Under the pieces are notes generated by a model, which was not told the origin of the DNA, did no database searches, and was given only the letters and a program-made list of their open reading frames with translations. The position numbers and the translations under genes were made by a program. From Myxococcota bacterium (GTDB lineage: Bacteria; Myxococcota_A; Polyangia; Polyangiales; Houyiibacteriaceae), in NCBI GenBank assembly GCA_025453555.1, contig JALOQC010000009.1, forward strand, positions 1 to 56,244: a stretch of DNA of 56,244 nt, given 5' to 3'. Shown here in pieces: positions 39,069 through 49,530 of the stretch (its first letter is position 1; every line of letters begins with the position of its first letter).

Positions 39069-39447
39069 CGTCGGTCCCTTTCCATCGAAGCGCGGCGTGC
39101 CGAAGCGTGCCGTCGCGCGACCTCTCGTCTCCATCGGCCGCGCGAGGCGCGCACCGATCCCTCCACGCCCCCGCAGGGGAGGCGCCGTGGGCTCTGGTTC
39201 GGCGGCATCGGCCGCGTTCCGTTCGCTCCACGTGGGTGTCGTGGAGGCTCCGAGCAGGTCCCGTCAGGAAAAATGATCGACGTGTGTCACTTCTCGCGTT
39301 TGGCCGGAATGTGCCACGGTGTGCGAACGTCGTACGCGTTTGCCGGACGACCGAAGACCGCGCCGTCGCTACCAGAAGACGCGAGCGAGCGAGCGAGCGA
39401 GCGCGCATGGGTTGGTTGGCACGGCATCGGGGCGCGCCGCTCTGACT

Positions 39448-39560
39448 ACGAGGGTGTCGGGCCGTGCGCGAGCACGGAGCCGACCCAGGCTCGTGGGAGG
39501 GGGCCCCGGGGCGTCATGCCCAGTGGGGGAGGGTCTGGCGACAGACCCTCGGAGAAGCTG
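39448..39560 (+). repeat. Intergenic multi-hairpin repeat, copy 1
   Basis: Nearly identical to 42536-42652; contains CCGTGC-GCGA-GCACGG and GAGGGTCTG-GCGA-CAGACCCTC hairpins. Confidence 0.85.
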
Positions 39561-39669
39561 ACGGCAGGACTCCGCTTCGGTCACGCCCGTGGAGGCGACA
39601 GACCGAACAAACCGCCGTCATGCGCCGACGCACGAGAAGGAGTCGACGGCCCCCTAGCTCACGCGGCGG

Positions 39670-41280
39670 TCACGGGCTCCAGAAGAACGCGCGCGCGTCT
39701 TCCGTGAAGCGCACGAACATCCCGCTGCTCGCGAACCGAACGTCGAGAGGTTGGCTCGATCCGAACGCGAGGTACGCGCCGGTCGCCGAGATCGACGGCA
39801 CGGTCACGCTGCCCGTCGCTTGCGCGGAGCCGGCGATCCTCGCCCCGGTCTGCGTGCTCATGAGCACCACGTCGTTCTGCGGCACGCCGAGGTTCGACGC
39901 ACGGGTGGTGAACGCGACCAAGGATCCGTCGTGGGAGATCGCGATGCGCTCGCCTTGGCCGAGCGGGCTGTCGCCGTCGCCGCCTTCGCTGAGGCAGGTG
40001 ACGCTGCCGTCGTCGAGCGAGACCAAGAACACGTCTTGGTGCTCGGCGTCGTCGCCCGGCACCACGTCCTGCGCCGTCGTCGCGTACACGACGAAGCGCC
40101 CGTCGCCGCTGATCGTCGGCGCGACGATGCGGCTCGCGCTCTCGGTGCCTTGATCGCGCTCACCGCCGGACGACGTCACGCTCACGCGCTGCACGGAACC
40201 GTCGCGGTGGTCGTACACGAAGATGTCCCAAAGTCCGTTGGTGTCGCCCGCGACGAGCGTGGCGCCGAACGACCAGAACGCGAGGCGCGCGCCATCGGCC
40301 GAGAGAGATGGCCGGTCGCCCCCCGCGCCGAGCCCCACGTCGTCGCCGACCGCGGCCACGCTCACGAGCGTTCGCTCGCCCGTCGCGAGGTCGATCCGCA
40401 CGACGTTCGGTGAGCTGCGCCCGACGTCGGTCGACGTCAGGTTCGTCGCGTGCGAGGTGAAGGCGACGACGCTTCCGTCGCCGTCGATCGTGGGCGCGTA
40501 GCTCTCGCCGTCGCCGTCCACGCCGCCCACCGCCTCGCTCACGCGCCGCACTTCGCCCGTGTCCGCCGACCACACGAACACGTCGCGCACGCCGTTGGCG
40601 TCCGGCGCGAGGTCGCTGGCGTACGACTCGAACGCGACCGTGCGTCCGTCCTGCGAGATCGCCGGCTCGTAGCTGTCGCCTCCTCCTTCGTTCCCCGTCG
40701 GGGTCACGCTCACGAGGCGCGTCTCTCCCGTCCAACGGTCGCGCCAGAAGATCTGGCGGTGCGCGTCGGTCGCCCCCGCGAGCCCAGGCGCATACGAGAC
40801 GAACGCCACGTACCGCCCTTCGCCGGCGGGTTCCGATCCGTCGGTGCCGCCATCGAGGATCCCTTCGCCGCCGATCACGACCCCCTCGGTCTCGAACACC
40901 GTCGCGAGCGTGCCCGCCTCGTCGCGCGAGACGTGATCGAAGCGGTGCTCGCACCCGACGCGTACCGCAGTCGTGGCCGGCACGGTGCCGCTCGCGCCGG
41001 CGTAGACCTCGCAACGCCGACCGGCGGGCGCGTCGGCGACCGTGATCGCGAACGAGTCGCCTTCCATCGAGTCGAAGGCCACCTCGACCGACGCGTACTC
41101 GAGCGTGCCGTCGATCGTCGCGCTCGTGGTCGACGTTCCGTCGTCGAGCACGACCACGTCACCGACGGGTCCGCGGAGGACCCCGACGAGGACGCCCGTC
41201 GGAGGACCGTCGCCCTCCGTGCACGCGATCCCCGCCACCACGAATCCGACGAAACCGACGCAACCGACGATCGTCCTCAT
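39670..41280 (-). CDS. TolB-like (PD40/WD40) beta-propeller lipoprotein
   Basis: AGIAC lipobox; repeated P.IS.DG..VAF.S.A..L...D.NG..D(V/I)F units. Confidence 0.85.
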   Translation of the reverse strand: MRTIVGCVGFVGFVVAGIACTEGDGPPTGVLVGVLRGPVGDVVVLDDGTSTTSATIDGTLEYASVEVAFDSMEGDSFAITVADAPAGRRCEVYAGASGTVPATTAVRVGCEHRFDHVSRDEAGTLATVFETEGVVIGGEGILDGGTDGSEPAGEGRYVAFVSYAPGLAGATDAHRQIFWRDRWTGETRLVSVTPTGNEGGGDSYEPAISQDGRTVAFESYASDLAPDANGVRDVFVWSADTGEVRRVSEAVGGVDGDGESYAPTIDGDGSVVAFTSHATNLTSTDVGRSSPNVVRIDLATGERTLVSVAAVGDDVGLGAGGDRPSLSADGARLAFWSFGATLVAGDTNGLWDIFVYDHRDGSVQRVSVTSSGGERDQGTESASRIVAPTISGDGRFVVYATTAQDVVPGDDAEHQDVFLVSLDDGSVTCLSEGGDGDSPLGQGERIAISHDGSLVAFTTRASNLGVPQNDVVLMSTQTGARIAGSAQATGSVTVPSISATGAYLAFGSSQPLDVRFASSGMFVRFTEDARAFFWSP

Positions 41281-41391
41281 GTGCCTCGCGCGGTCGGACG
41301 AAGGATCCGACGTCTCGGCGTTGTACGTCGTCGTTCGGCCTCGTCCTCACGTGTGGCGCGTTCCGACAACGCGATGGCGCGCGATCGACGT

Positions 41392-42222
41392 TCAGCTTCG
41401 CATCGCGCTCCGTCGCTCGCGGCGAAAGGCGCCCGGCGTCACGCGATGCACGCGGCGAAAGAGCGCGACCAGGCGCGACGAGGACGCGAGCCCGATCGAG
41501 GCCGCGATCGCGTCGAGATCGAGCTCGGTGCCTTCGAGCAGACGCTCGGCGTGTCGCACGACGTGGCGCGCACGCTCCGCCCGCAACGAGGTGCCGGCCA
41601 TCGCGAGGTGACGTTGGAGCGACCGCACGCTGAGGCCCAAGCGTCGCGCGAGCTCCGCCGTGCCGAGGCGCGGCTCGGCTTCCAGCACGGCGTGCAGGCG
41701 ACGCACGACGTCCGCCTCTCCGAGGAGCGCGATCCGCAGCGCTTCGTAGGACGCGAGCACCTCGGAGCGCTCGAGCCACTCGAACGCTTCGCCCACGACG
41801 TCGAACGCACGCAGCCGATAACCCTGCCCCACGAGCTGAAGCATCCCGAGGATCGACGCGCCGGCGAGCCCGAAGCGATGCACGATCGCCTGCGGGCCCG
41901 TGCGTGCCGTCCACTCCGCGCGTCGCTCCACGAAGGTGCGCGAGAGCCGCTCGAACGCGAGCAGGTCGACGCTCTGCACCGCGCGCACGTCCGCGACGGT
42001 CGGGTCCGCGCCGAACGGGGTGCGCAGGTGCTCGTCCCAGATCGCGCAGAGCTCGGCTACGTCGTCCTCGTCCGGGCGGCCCCACAAGATCGTCCCGTGC
42101 GCCCGCCGGTGCGACTGCCAGAGGCAGAAGCTGCGGCGCACGATCACGGCATCGCCCGGTGCGGCGACCAGCGTCGTGACGTCGGGCACCGCGGTGAAGC
42201 CAGCGAGGGCCATCGGGGTCAT
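41392..42222 (-). CDS. AraC-family transcriptional regulator
   Basis: C-terminal LARRLGLSVRSLQRHL...IAASIGL.S.S.....FRR..RVTPGAFR. Confidence 0.88.
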   Translation of the reverse strand: MTPMALAGFTAVPDVTTLVAAPGDAVIVRRSFCLWQSHRRAHGTILWGRPDEDDVAELCAIWDEHLRTPFGADPTVADVRAVQSVDLLAFERLSRTFVERRAEWTARTGPQAIVHRFGLAGASILGMLQLVGQGYRLRAFDVVGEAFEWLERSEVLASYEALRIALLGEADVVRRLHAVLEAEPRLGTAELARRLGLSVRSLQRHLAMAGTSLRAERARHVVRHAERLLEGTELDLDAIAASIGLASSSRLVALFRRVHRVTPGAFRRERRSAMRS

Positions 42223-42487
42223 CCTACCCCCGAGGACGGACACCACGCACACCCCGCGGTGACGGGGGCTCGTGGGAGATCTCGCCCCGTCGAACGCACC
42301 GCACGGCAGAACGAGCCCACCGACCCGGTGACGGCGGCGGGTCGGCGGCGGGGGCGCCCGCGAACGGGGCCTCCGAGGGGTCGTCGACCGCAGACGCTGA
42401 CTTGAAACTCGAACCGCCGGCGTGGAAATCACAACGGAGCTCGGCGAACGGTTTCGTCCCTACGGCTCGCCCGGCAGGGCGGTCACG

Positions 42488-42652
42488 AGCTGAAGAGAAT
42501 TACGCAAGCCGCCCTACCGGACGGCGAGCGGTTCAACGAGAGTGTCGGGCCGTGCGCGAGCACGGAGCCGACCCAGGCTCGCGGGTTGGGGGCCCCATCG
42601 GGGCTTCACGCCCCGTGGGGGAGGGTCTGGCGACAGACCCTCGGAGAAGCTG
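42488..42652 (+). repeat. Intergenic multi-hairpin repeat, copy 2 (longest)
   Basis: Shares its 3' ~115 bp with copy 1 and the 5' CGCAAGCCGCCCT..GGACGGCG with copy 3. Confidence 0.85.
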
Positions 42653-42667
42653 CTACGAAAGCTCCCG

Positions 42668-43648
42668 ATGCTCGGCCACGGTCACGGTCACGGACACGGC
42701 CACGGTCACGGCCGCGCGGCCCCTCGCGAGAGCGCGCGTACGACCGACGACCACGGGCACGCACACGCGCGCACGACGAGCGACGCCGCCACGCGCGCGC
42801 TCGGCATCGGCGTGCTGCTGCACGCGGTCTTCATGGTCGTCGAGGCCGTCGCGGGCTGGTGGAGCGGCTCGCTCGCGTTGCTCTCTGACGCCGGGCACAT
42901 GCTCTCCGACGTCGGCGCGCTCCTGCTCGCCTGGTTCGCGCAGCGGCTCCGCGAGCGCACCCCCGACGCCTCGTACACCTTCGGGCTGCGTCGCCTGCCC
43001 GTGCTCGGCGGCCTCGTCAACGGCATCAGCCTGCTCGCGATCGTCGTGCTGGTCGTCGTCGAAGCGGTGGAGCGTTTCGGCGACACCCCGACCATCGACG
43101 GCATGTCGGTGCTCGTGGTGGGCGTGCTCGGCCTGCTCGTGAACCTCGTCGGCGCGTGGATGCTCCACCGCAGCGGCGATCGGAGCGTCAACGTGCGCGG
43201 CGCGCTGCTGCACGTGCTCGCGGACGCGCTCGGCAGCGTCGCGGCGGTGCTCAGCGCGGTCGTGATCCTGACGATCGGTTGGACGCCCATCGACGCCATC
43301 GCGAGCGTGGTCATCGCCGCGCTCATCTTGCTCGCCAGCCTGCCGCTGCTCCGCGACGCGTTGCACATCCTCTTGCAGCGCGCGCCGGTCGGGCTCGACG
43401 TCGCCGCCTTGCGAGCCTCCGTCGACGCACGGCCTTCGGTGGTGCGCGTGCGCGATCTACACGTCTGGCAGCTCGACTCCGGGCAGACGGTCGCGAGCCT
43501 CGTGGTGATCAGCTCGGCCGGCTCGCTCGAAGAAGCGAGCGGCGTGGCGGATGCCATCCGCAAACACCTGCACGACGAGTACGACATCGATCACGCCACG
43601 ATCGAGCTGCGCCCCGAGAAGGCGCCCGATCCACACCATCACTTCTGA
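42668..43648 (+). CDS. Cation diffusion facilitator (CzcD/ZitB-like Zn/Co/Cd exporter)
   Basis: (GH)n N-terminus, SLALLSDAGHMLSD, YTFG, NVRGALLHVLADALGS, DLHVW, HATIE. Confidence 0.93.
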   Translation: MLGHGHGHGHGHGHGRAAPRESARTTDDHGHAHARTTSDAATRALGIGVLLHAVFMVVEAVAGWWSGSLALLSDAGHMLSDVGALLLAWFAQRLRERTPDASYTFGLRRLPVLGGLVNGISLLAIVVLVVVEAVERFGDTPTIDGMSVLVVGVLGLLVNLVGAWMLHRSGDRSVNVRGALLHVLADALGSVAAVLSAVVILTIGWTPIDAIASVVIAALILLASLPLLRDALHILLQRAPVGLDVAALRASVDARPSVVRVRDLHVWQLDSGQTVASLVVISSAGSLEEASGVADAIRKHLHDEYDIDHATIELRPEKAPDPHHHF

Positions 43649-43788
43649 TCGCGCGTGCATCACGCGCCGACGCCGCGCCGCTCGCGATGCCGCTCCGCGC
43701 GATCCCGTCGACGAAGATCACACGACGCATCGCCAGCCGGTGCATCGTGGCCCCGCTTCGCGCGTGACCCCATCGAAAGCTGCGACCG

Positions 43789-44619
43789 ATGTCCACCACC
43801 GCCCTCGACGCCGCGCTCACACTTCTCCCGCTCGAGAGCGAGCCCGATCGCGACGGTCGCGCGACCGCGCGCTTCTCGTGCGTCTTCGATCCGATCTGGT
43901 ACCAAGGCCGCGGTGTGTATGGAGGCGTCGTCACCGCGCAGCTCGCGCGCGCGTTCCAGACGTTGGCGCCCGCCCGCGACGCACGCGTGATCACGGTGCA
44001 CTTCTGTGCGCCGGCGACCGGCGAAGGCACGATCGAAGCGACCCTCGAGCGCGAGGGCGCGAACGTCTCGCACCTCACCGCGCGCCTCACGCACGTCCGC
44101 CGCGGCAAGGTCGTCACGCTCGCCAACGCGAGCGCGGTGTTCGGGCGCCCGCTCGCGGAGCACGACTTCGGCGATCACGTCGCGCCGCGGGTGGCACCCC
44201 CGCACGAAGTGCCGGTCTTCGCGCAGAAGCCCGGCTGGCCGGTCTTCGCGCGTCACTTCGAGTTCCGTCCCTGCCTCGGCTACGAGGCGTTTCGCGGCGC
44301 GCCCGAAGGTCACCTCGGCGGATGGTTCCGCGCGATCGAGCCGCAATCGCCCGATCTCGCGTACGTCTGCGCGCTCTTCGACGCGTGGCCTCCGTCCGCG
44401 CTTCCGCTCTTGCTTCCGCCGCCGCGTCCGGCGGCGAGCGTCGACCTCACGTTCCACTTCTTCCGCCGCTTCCCGCTCGACGTGCCGCCCGACGCGCCGT
44501 GGCTCTACGAGGCGCGCACTCCGGTGGTGCGTGGCGGCTGGGGCGAAGAGCACGCGACGCTCTGGGACGCCGAGGGCCGCCTCGTGGCGCGTGCAAGGCA
44601 GAACGTCGCGCTGTTTTGA
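43789..44619 (+). CDS. Acyl-CoA thioesterase family (double hotdog) protein
   Basis: WYQGRGVYGG, DAWPP, SVDLTFHF, LWDAEGRLVARARQ. Confidence 0.85.
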   Translation: MSTTALDAALTLLPLESEPDRDGRATARFSCVFDPIWYQGRGVYGGVVTAQLARAFQTLAPARDARVITVHFCAPATGEGTIEATLEREGANVSHLTARLTHVRRGKVVTLANASAVFGRPLAEHDFGDHVAPRVAPPHEVPVFAQKPGWPVFARHFEFRPCLGYEAFRGAPEGHLGGWFRAIEPQSPDLAYVCALFDAWPPSALPLLLPPPRPAASVDLTFHFFRRFPLDVPPDAPWLYEARTPVVRGGWGEEHATLWDAEGRLVARARQNVALF

Positions 44620-44743
44620 GGCTGAGGCCGTCGGTCGCTCGCGCTCGCGTCGTCCTCGTGGCGCAACGTTTGCGCCCACGAAACGTGAGCATGGCTCTCA
44701 CTCCGTCTTGCGAGCCGTCTTCAGCCTGACGCACTCTGTTTAC

Positions 44744-47368
44744 ATGTTTGTCACTCGCCCGCGTTCGGGCTCTTGGCTTCTCGTTCTCCTCCTCGTCGGC
44801 CTGACCGCCTGCAAAGGCAAGAAGTCCGATCCTCTCGTCCCCGACGCGGGCGGAGAGGACGCCGAGACGGTCGACGCGGGCGAGACCTGCACGCCGCTCG
44901 GCGCCTTCGAGACGGGCGACGCCGACGGAGCCCCCAACCCGCTCGACGTCCCCGCTGGACAAGCGCGCGCGGGACGGCTCACCGCCGACGAGCTCCCCGA
45001 AGATCGCTTCGCGCTCGCGCGCTGGAACCCCGGCGACTTCGTCCTTGCGAACGAACGCGTCGCGCTCGTCGTCACGTCGGCCGACGTGCCCGGTGAGGCC
45101 TACGACCCGCACGGCGGTCGTCTGGTCGGCGTCGGCTTGATGCAGGACGGCGCGATCGAGGCCCCGGCCGACTTCGGCATCGTGGTGCTCGGTTTCCAGC
45201 GCTTCTTGGTCGCGACCGACTCCGTCACCGTGATGAACGACGGCACCGACGGCGAAGCGGCGGAGATCCGCGTCGCAGGTCGCCTCGCGCGGCTCGAAGC
45301 GTTCGGCAACGTGCTCGACGGCTTGGTCCCGCAAGACTTCGCGGACCTGCCCGCCGCCATCACGTACACCCTCGCGCCCGGCGACGCGTTCGCGACGCTC
45401 ACGCTCTCGGTGCGCGCGGGCACCCGAAACCTCCGCGCGCCGCTCGGGGTGATTCAGGCGTTCTTCCAGTCGAGCCGCATGGCCGCCTGGCGTCCGGGCA
45501 TCGGCATCGTCTCCGAGTCGAGCGCGGCGGTCCCCTTCGTGGCCTTCGACGGAAGCGGCGCGCCCGACGGAGTCGAGACGAGCTACGCGTGGATGGCCGA
45601 AGAAGGCGGCACGCTCTCGCCGCTCATCCAGACCGGCGGCGCCGACGTGTTCTCGTCGGGCGGCATCGAGTCGCCCGCGTGCAGCGAAGCGACGATCTCG
45701 CTCGGTCGCGTGCTGATCGCGGAAAATCTTCCGGCGGTGCAAGCCGAGATCGCGGAGCTCGAAGGCGAGACCACGCGCCTCGTGAGCGGCACCGTCACGG
45801 TCGACGGAGCGCCCGCCGTGGGCGCGCGTGTGCACGTGACCGACGGCGACGAGCACCTCACGCGCTTCGTGGTCGAGGCCGACGGCTCGTTCTCGCACCC
45901 CGTCGCCGACACGGCGGACTCGCTCTGGGTCTGGCGCGAAGGTTTCCCGCTCGCGGGTCCGTTCGCGATCGTCGAAGGTGCGAACGCGATCGAGCTCCCG
46001 ACCGCGGCGCGCGTCGACGTGCGGGTCTTCGATCTCGGCACCACCACCGCGATCCCCGCGCGCGTCGAGATCTTCCCGCGCGGCGCGACCCCGGTGCCGG
46101 TGGGCGCGATGGGCTTCGGCGAGGACGGCTTCGGCAGCTCGCGCGTTCACGTCGCGTTCGCGACCTCGGGCACCGCGAGCTTCGCGATCGCGCCCGGCAC
46201 CTATCGCCTGCGTGTGTCGCGCGGTCCGGCGTGGGAGCGCTTCGAGACGGATCTCGATCTCGAGAGCGGCGAGGACGTCGACGTCGACGCGGAGCTCGAA
46301 CGCGTGGTCGTGCAGCCCGGCGTGCTCTGCGCGGACTACCACGTGCACACCCACCGCTCGGTCGACTCCGGCGACGACGCGACGATGAAGGTCCGCGGAT
46401 TGGTCGCGGACGGCCTCGACGTCGTGATCCGCACCGAGCACGAGTTCGTGAGCGACTTCCAGCCCGTCATCGACGCGGCGGGTCTCGCGGCCTACGCGCG
46501 CGGCTTCTCCGGCATGGAGCTCACGACCTTCGCGTACGGGCACTTCAACACCTTCCCCGTCGAGGTCGATCCGACGCGTCCGAGTGACGGCGCGATCCCC
46601 TGGTACGGCGTGAGCCCGCCCGATCTCTTCGACGCCGTCCGCGCGCGCCCCGAGCGCCCGACGCTGATCATCAACCACCCGCGCACGGGCGGAACGTTGC
46701 AGGGCTACTTCGAAGCGGTCGGCTTCGACTCCGTGACCGGCTCCGTGCGCGACATGGACGGCTGGGACACGGAGTTCGAGGTCGTCGAGGTCTTCAACGA
46801 CAGCAACTTCGAGAGCAACCGCGAAGGCACGGTGCGCGACTGGTTCGGGCTGCTCAACGCGGGGCGCCGCGTGGTCGCGGTCGGCTCGTCCGACAGCCAC
46901 GGGATCCACTCGAAGCCGGTGGGCTATCCGCGCACCTGCCAGATCGTCGGCCTCGACGATCCCGCGGAGCTCGACGAGCGCACCCTGCAGGCCGCGACCG
47001 AAGAAGGCCGCGGCTTCGTGAGCGGCGGCATCTACCTCGACGTCACGGGCGCGGACGGCGCGACCTTCGGCGACGAGATCGAAGGCGCGGGCGAGCGCGC
47101 GTCCTTCGAGGTGGTCGTCCGTGCGGCGAGCCACGTCGAGGTGAACCGCCTCGAGGTGATCGTCGACGGCGTGACGAGCGAGACGCTGCCCATCGAGGCG
47201 AGCGACGCCGATCCGGGCAACGCCGCGATCCGCGCGCGCGTCGACGTGGAGGTCGACGTCGCGCCGGGCGGGAGCTGGGTGGTCTTCCACGCAGCGGGCG
47301 ACGCGCCCTTCGACGCCCAGGGCTCGCGGCCCTTCGCGGTGAGCAACCCGATCTGGCTCCGCCGCTGA
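44744..47368 (+). CDS. CehA/McbA-family PHP metallohydrolase lipoprotein with carboxypeptidase-regulatory-like domains
   Basis: LTAC lipobox; GDFVLAN; PGTY...VSRGP; ADYHVHT..S.DS, TEH, G.ELT...GHFN, INHPR, GSSDSH, SNPIW. Confidence 0.85.
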   Translation: MFVTRPRSGSWLLVLLLVGLTACKGKKSDPLVPDAGGEDAETVDAGETCTPLGAFETGDADGAPNPLDVPAGQARAGRLTADELPEDRFALARWNPGDFVLANERVALVVTSADVPGEAYDPHGGRLVGVGLMQDGAIEAPADFGIVVLGFQRFLVATDSVTVMNDGTDGEAAEIRVAGRLARLEAFGNVLDGLVPQDFADLPAAITYTLAPGDAFATLTLSVRAGTRNLRAPLGVIQAFFQSSRMAAWRPGIGIVSESSAAVPFVAFDGSGAPDGVETSYAWMAEEGGTLSPLIQTGGADVFSSGGIESPACSEATISLGRVLIAENLPAVQAEIAELEGETTRLVSGTVTVDGAPAVGARVHVTDGDEHLTRFVVEADGSFSHPVADTADSLWVWREGFPLAGPFAIVEGANAIELPTAARVDVRVFDLGTTTAIPARVEIFPRGATPVPVGAMGFGEDGFGSSRVHVAFATSGTASFAIAPGTYRLRVSRGPAWERFETDLDLESGEDVDVDAELERVVVQPGVLCADYHVHTHRSVDSGDDATMKVRGLVADGLDVVIRTEHEFVSDFQPVIDAAGLAAYARGFSGMELTTFAYGHFNTFPVEVDPTRPSDGAIPWYGVSPPDLFDAVRARPERPTLIINHPRTGGTLQGYFEAVGFDSVTGSVRDMDGWDTEFEVVEVFNDSNFESNREGTVRDWFGLLNAGRRVVAVGSSDSHGIHSKPVGYPRTCQIVGLDDPAELDERTLQAATEEGRGFVSGGIYLDVTGADGATFGDEIEGAGERASFEVVVRAASHVEVNRLEVIVDGVTSETLPIEASDADPGNAAIRARVDVEVDVAPGGSWVVFHAAGDAPFDAQGSRPFAVSNPIWLRR

Positions 47369-47460
47369 GCTCTCCGAGCTCGAACGCCTCGCGATGGGCG
47401 CTTCCGCGTCGAGGCGCTTCGGTTCGGGCTCTCGCCCCGGCGTGGTAAGAACGCCGGACC

Positions 47461-49527
47461 ATGGTCCAAGCCCTCCGGGTCGAGAGCAGCGCGCGGCGCT
47501 TCGCCGACGTGGCGCTCGCGGCGCTCGTGCTGCTCGTCGTCGGGATGATGATCGTCCCGCTGCCGACGGTCGTGCTCGACGTGCTGCTCGCGAGCAACAT
47601 CTCGCTCGCGGTGCTCCTGCTCCTCGTCGCGATGTACCTGCGCGACGGCCTGCAGCTCTCGTCCTTCCCGACACTGCTCCTCGTCACCACGCTCTACCGC
47701 CTCGCGCTCAACGTCAGCTCCACGCGGCTCATCCTGCTGCAGGCCGACGCGGGCGAGGTGATCGAGGCCTTCGGCAACTTCGTGGTCCAAGGCAACTACG
47801 TGGTCGGCGCGGTGGTCTTCTTGATCCTGACGCTGATCCAATTTCTCGTGATCGCGAAGGGCAGCGAGCGCGTCGCGGAGGTCGGCGCGCGTTTCACGCT
47901 CGACGCGATGCCGGGCAAGCAGATGAGCATCGACGCCGAGCTGCGCAGCGGCGCGCTCAGCCAAGAGGACGCGCGGCGCAAGCGCAACCACTTGCAGCGC
48001 GAGAGCCAGTTCTACGGCGCGATGGACGGCGCGATGAAGTTCGTGAAAGGCGACGCCATCGCGGGCATCGTCATCACGGTCGTCAACGTGCTCGGGGGCT
48101 TGGCGATCGGCGTCGGCATGCGCGACATGAGCGCGGGCGAGGCGCTCTCGGTCTACGGCCTGCTCACGATCGGCGACGGCCTCGTCTCGCAGATCCCCGC
48201 GCTGCTCATCAGCATCTCCGCCGGCCTCGTGGTCACGCGCGTCGCGAGCGAAGGCGAAGACTCCAGCCTCGGCGGCGACGTCGCCTCCCAGGTCTTCGGG
48301 CAGCCCAAGGCGCTCCAGGTCGCGAGCGCGTTCTTGCTCGTGCTCGCGGTGGTACCCGGCCTCCCCGCGCTGCCCTTCCTCGTGCTCGCCGCGCTCTTCT
48401 TCGGACTCGCGCGTCGCCTCGCCGCGCGCCCCGCGCCGACCGAAGCGACCGCGGTGGTCGCCAAACAAGAAGCCGCGCGCGAGACCAAGGCGCGCAAGCA
48501 GATGGTGCCGCTCGTGGTGCCGGTCGCGGTCGAGGTCGGCGAGGGCCTCGCCAGCGCGATCGCGGATCCCACCGGCGCGGGGCCCTTCCTCGAAGACGAG
48601 GTGCCGCTGCTGCGCGATCGGCTCTTCCTCGACCTCGGCCTCCAGCTCCCGGGCGTGCGCGCGCGTTCGGTCGGTGTGCTCGAGCCCGACGCGTACGTGA
48701 TTGCGATTCAAGAGGTGCCCGTCGCGCGCGGGACGCTCTCCCCCGATCGACTGATCTGTCTCGAGGCCCCTTCGGTGGTCGCGAGCTACGGCGTGAGCGC
48801 GGAGGAGTGGAGCGATCCGGTGTCGCGTCGTCCGGCGTCGCTGGTCGAGCCGAGCGCGCGCGAGGTGCTCGAAGCAGACGGCCTCGAGGTGGTCACCCCG
48901 GCCGCCCAGCTCGCGCGTCACCTCGGGGCGGCGGTGCGGCGTCGCGCGACGCCCTTCGTGGGCCTCCAAGAGACGCAGTCGATGCTCGATCAGCTCGAGC
49001 GCGCGTATCCGGCGCTCGTGCGCAACGTGGTGCCCAAGCCGGTCTCGCTCGCGCTCCTCGCCGACATCCTGCGCCGTCTGGTCGAAGAAGGCGTGAGCAT
49101 CCGGCCGCTGCGCGAGATCCTCGAGTCGCTCGCGATCCACGCGCCGAACGAGCGCGATCCGGTGACGCTCACGGAGCTGGTGCGCGCCGCGCTGAAGAAC
49201 GCGATCACCCACCACCACGCGCCCGACGGAGTGCTCGCCGTCTATCTGCTCGACCCGATGATCGAGGACGCGGTGCGCGACGCGATCCAGCGCACGAGCG
49301 CGGGCAGCTACCTCGCGCTCGCGCCCCAGATGGCGCGCGAGATCGTGGCCGCGATCTCCGCCGAGTGTGGCCGCGATCACGGCGGCGCGGTGCTCCTCAC
49401 GCAAGCCGACATCCGCCGCTTCGTGCGCCGCCTGGTGGAGGTCGAGCTCCCGGATCTCACGGTGCTCAGCTACCAGGAGCTCTCGCCGGAGGCGCAGGTG
49501 CAGCCCCTCGGCCGCGTGGGGATTTGA
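47461..49527 (+). CDS. sctV: Type III secretion export-gate protein (SctV/FlhA, FHIPEP family)
   Basis: FPTLLL.TTL.RLALNVSSTRLIL, RVAEVGARFTLDAMPGKQMSIDA, FYGAMDGAMKFVKGDAIAG, IGDGLVSQIP, VLSYQEL. Confidence 0.93.
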   Translation: MVQALRVESSARRFADVALAALVLLVVGMMIVPLPTVVLDVLLASNISLAVLLLLVAMYLRDGLQLSSFPTLLLVTTLYRLALNVSSTRLILLQADAGEVIEAFGNFVVQGNYVVGAVVFLILTLIQFLVIAKGSERVAEVGARFTLDAMPGKQMSIDAELRSGALSQEDARRKRNHLQRESQFYGAMDGAMKFVKGDAIAGIVITVVNVLGGLAIGVGMRDMSAGEALSVYGLLTIGDGLVSQIPALLISISAGLVVTRVASEGEDSSLGGDVASQVFGQPKALQVASAFLLVLAVVPGLPALPFLVLAALFFGLARRLAARPAPTEATAVVAKQEAARETKARKQMVPLVVPVAVEVGEGLASAIADPTGAGPFLEDEVPLLRDRLFLDLGLQLPGVRARSVGVLEPDAYVIAIQEVPVARGTLSPDRLICLEAPSVVASYGVSAEEWSDPVSRRPASLVEPSAREVLEADGLEVVTPAAQLARHLGAAVRRRATPFVGLQETQSMLDQLERAYPALVRNVVPKPVSLALLADILRRLVEEGVSIRPLREILESLAIHAPNERDPVTLTELVRAALKNAITHHHAPDGVLAVYLLDPMIEDAVRDAIQRTSAGSYLALAPQMAREIVAAISAECGRDHGGAVLLTQADIRRFVRRLVEVELPDLTVLSYQELSPEAQVQPLGRVGI

Positions 49528-49530
49528 CAA

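Noticed and set aside
39300-39435. TGGCAC-containing candidate sigma-54 promoters near the Kazal gene
   Set aside because: No GC at the -12 position with the correct spacing.
42674-42712. CACGG(T/A/C) hexamer run as a non-coding repeat
   Set aside because: Encodes the (GH)n metal-binding N-terminus typical of CDF transporters.
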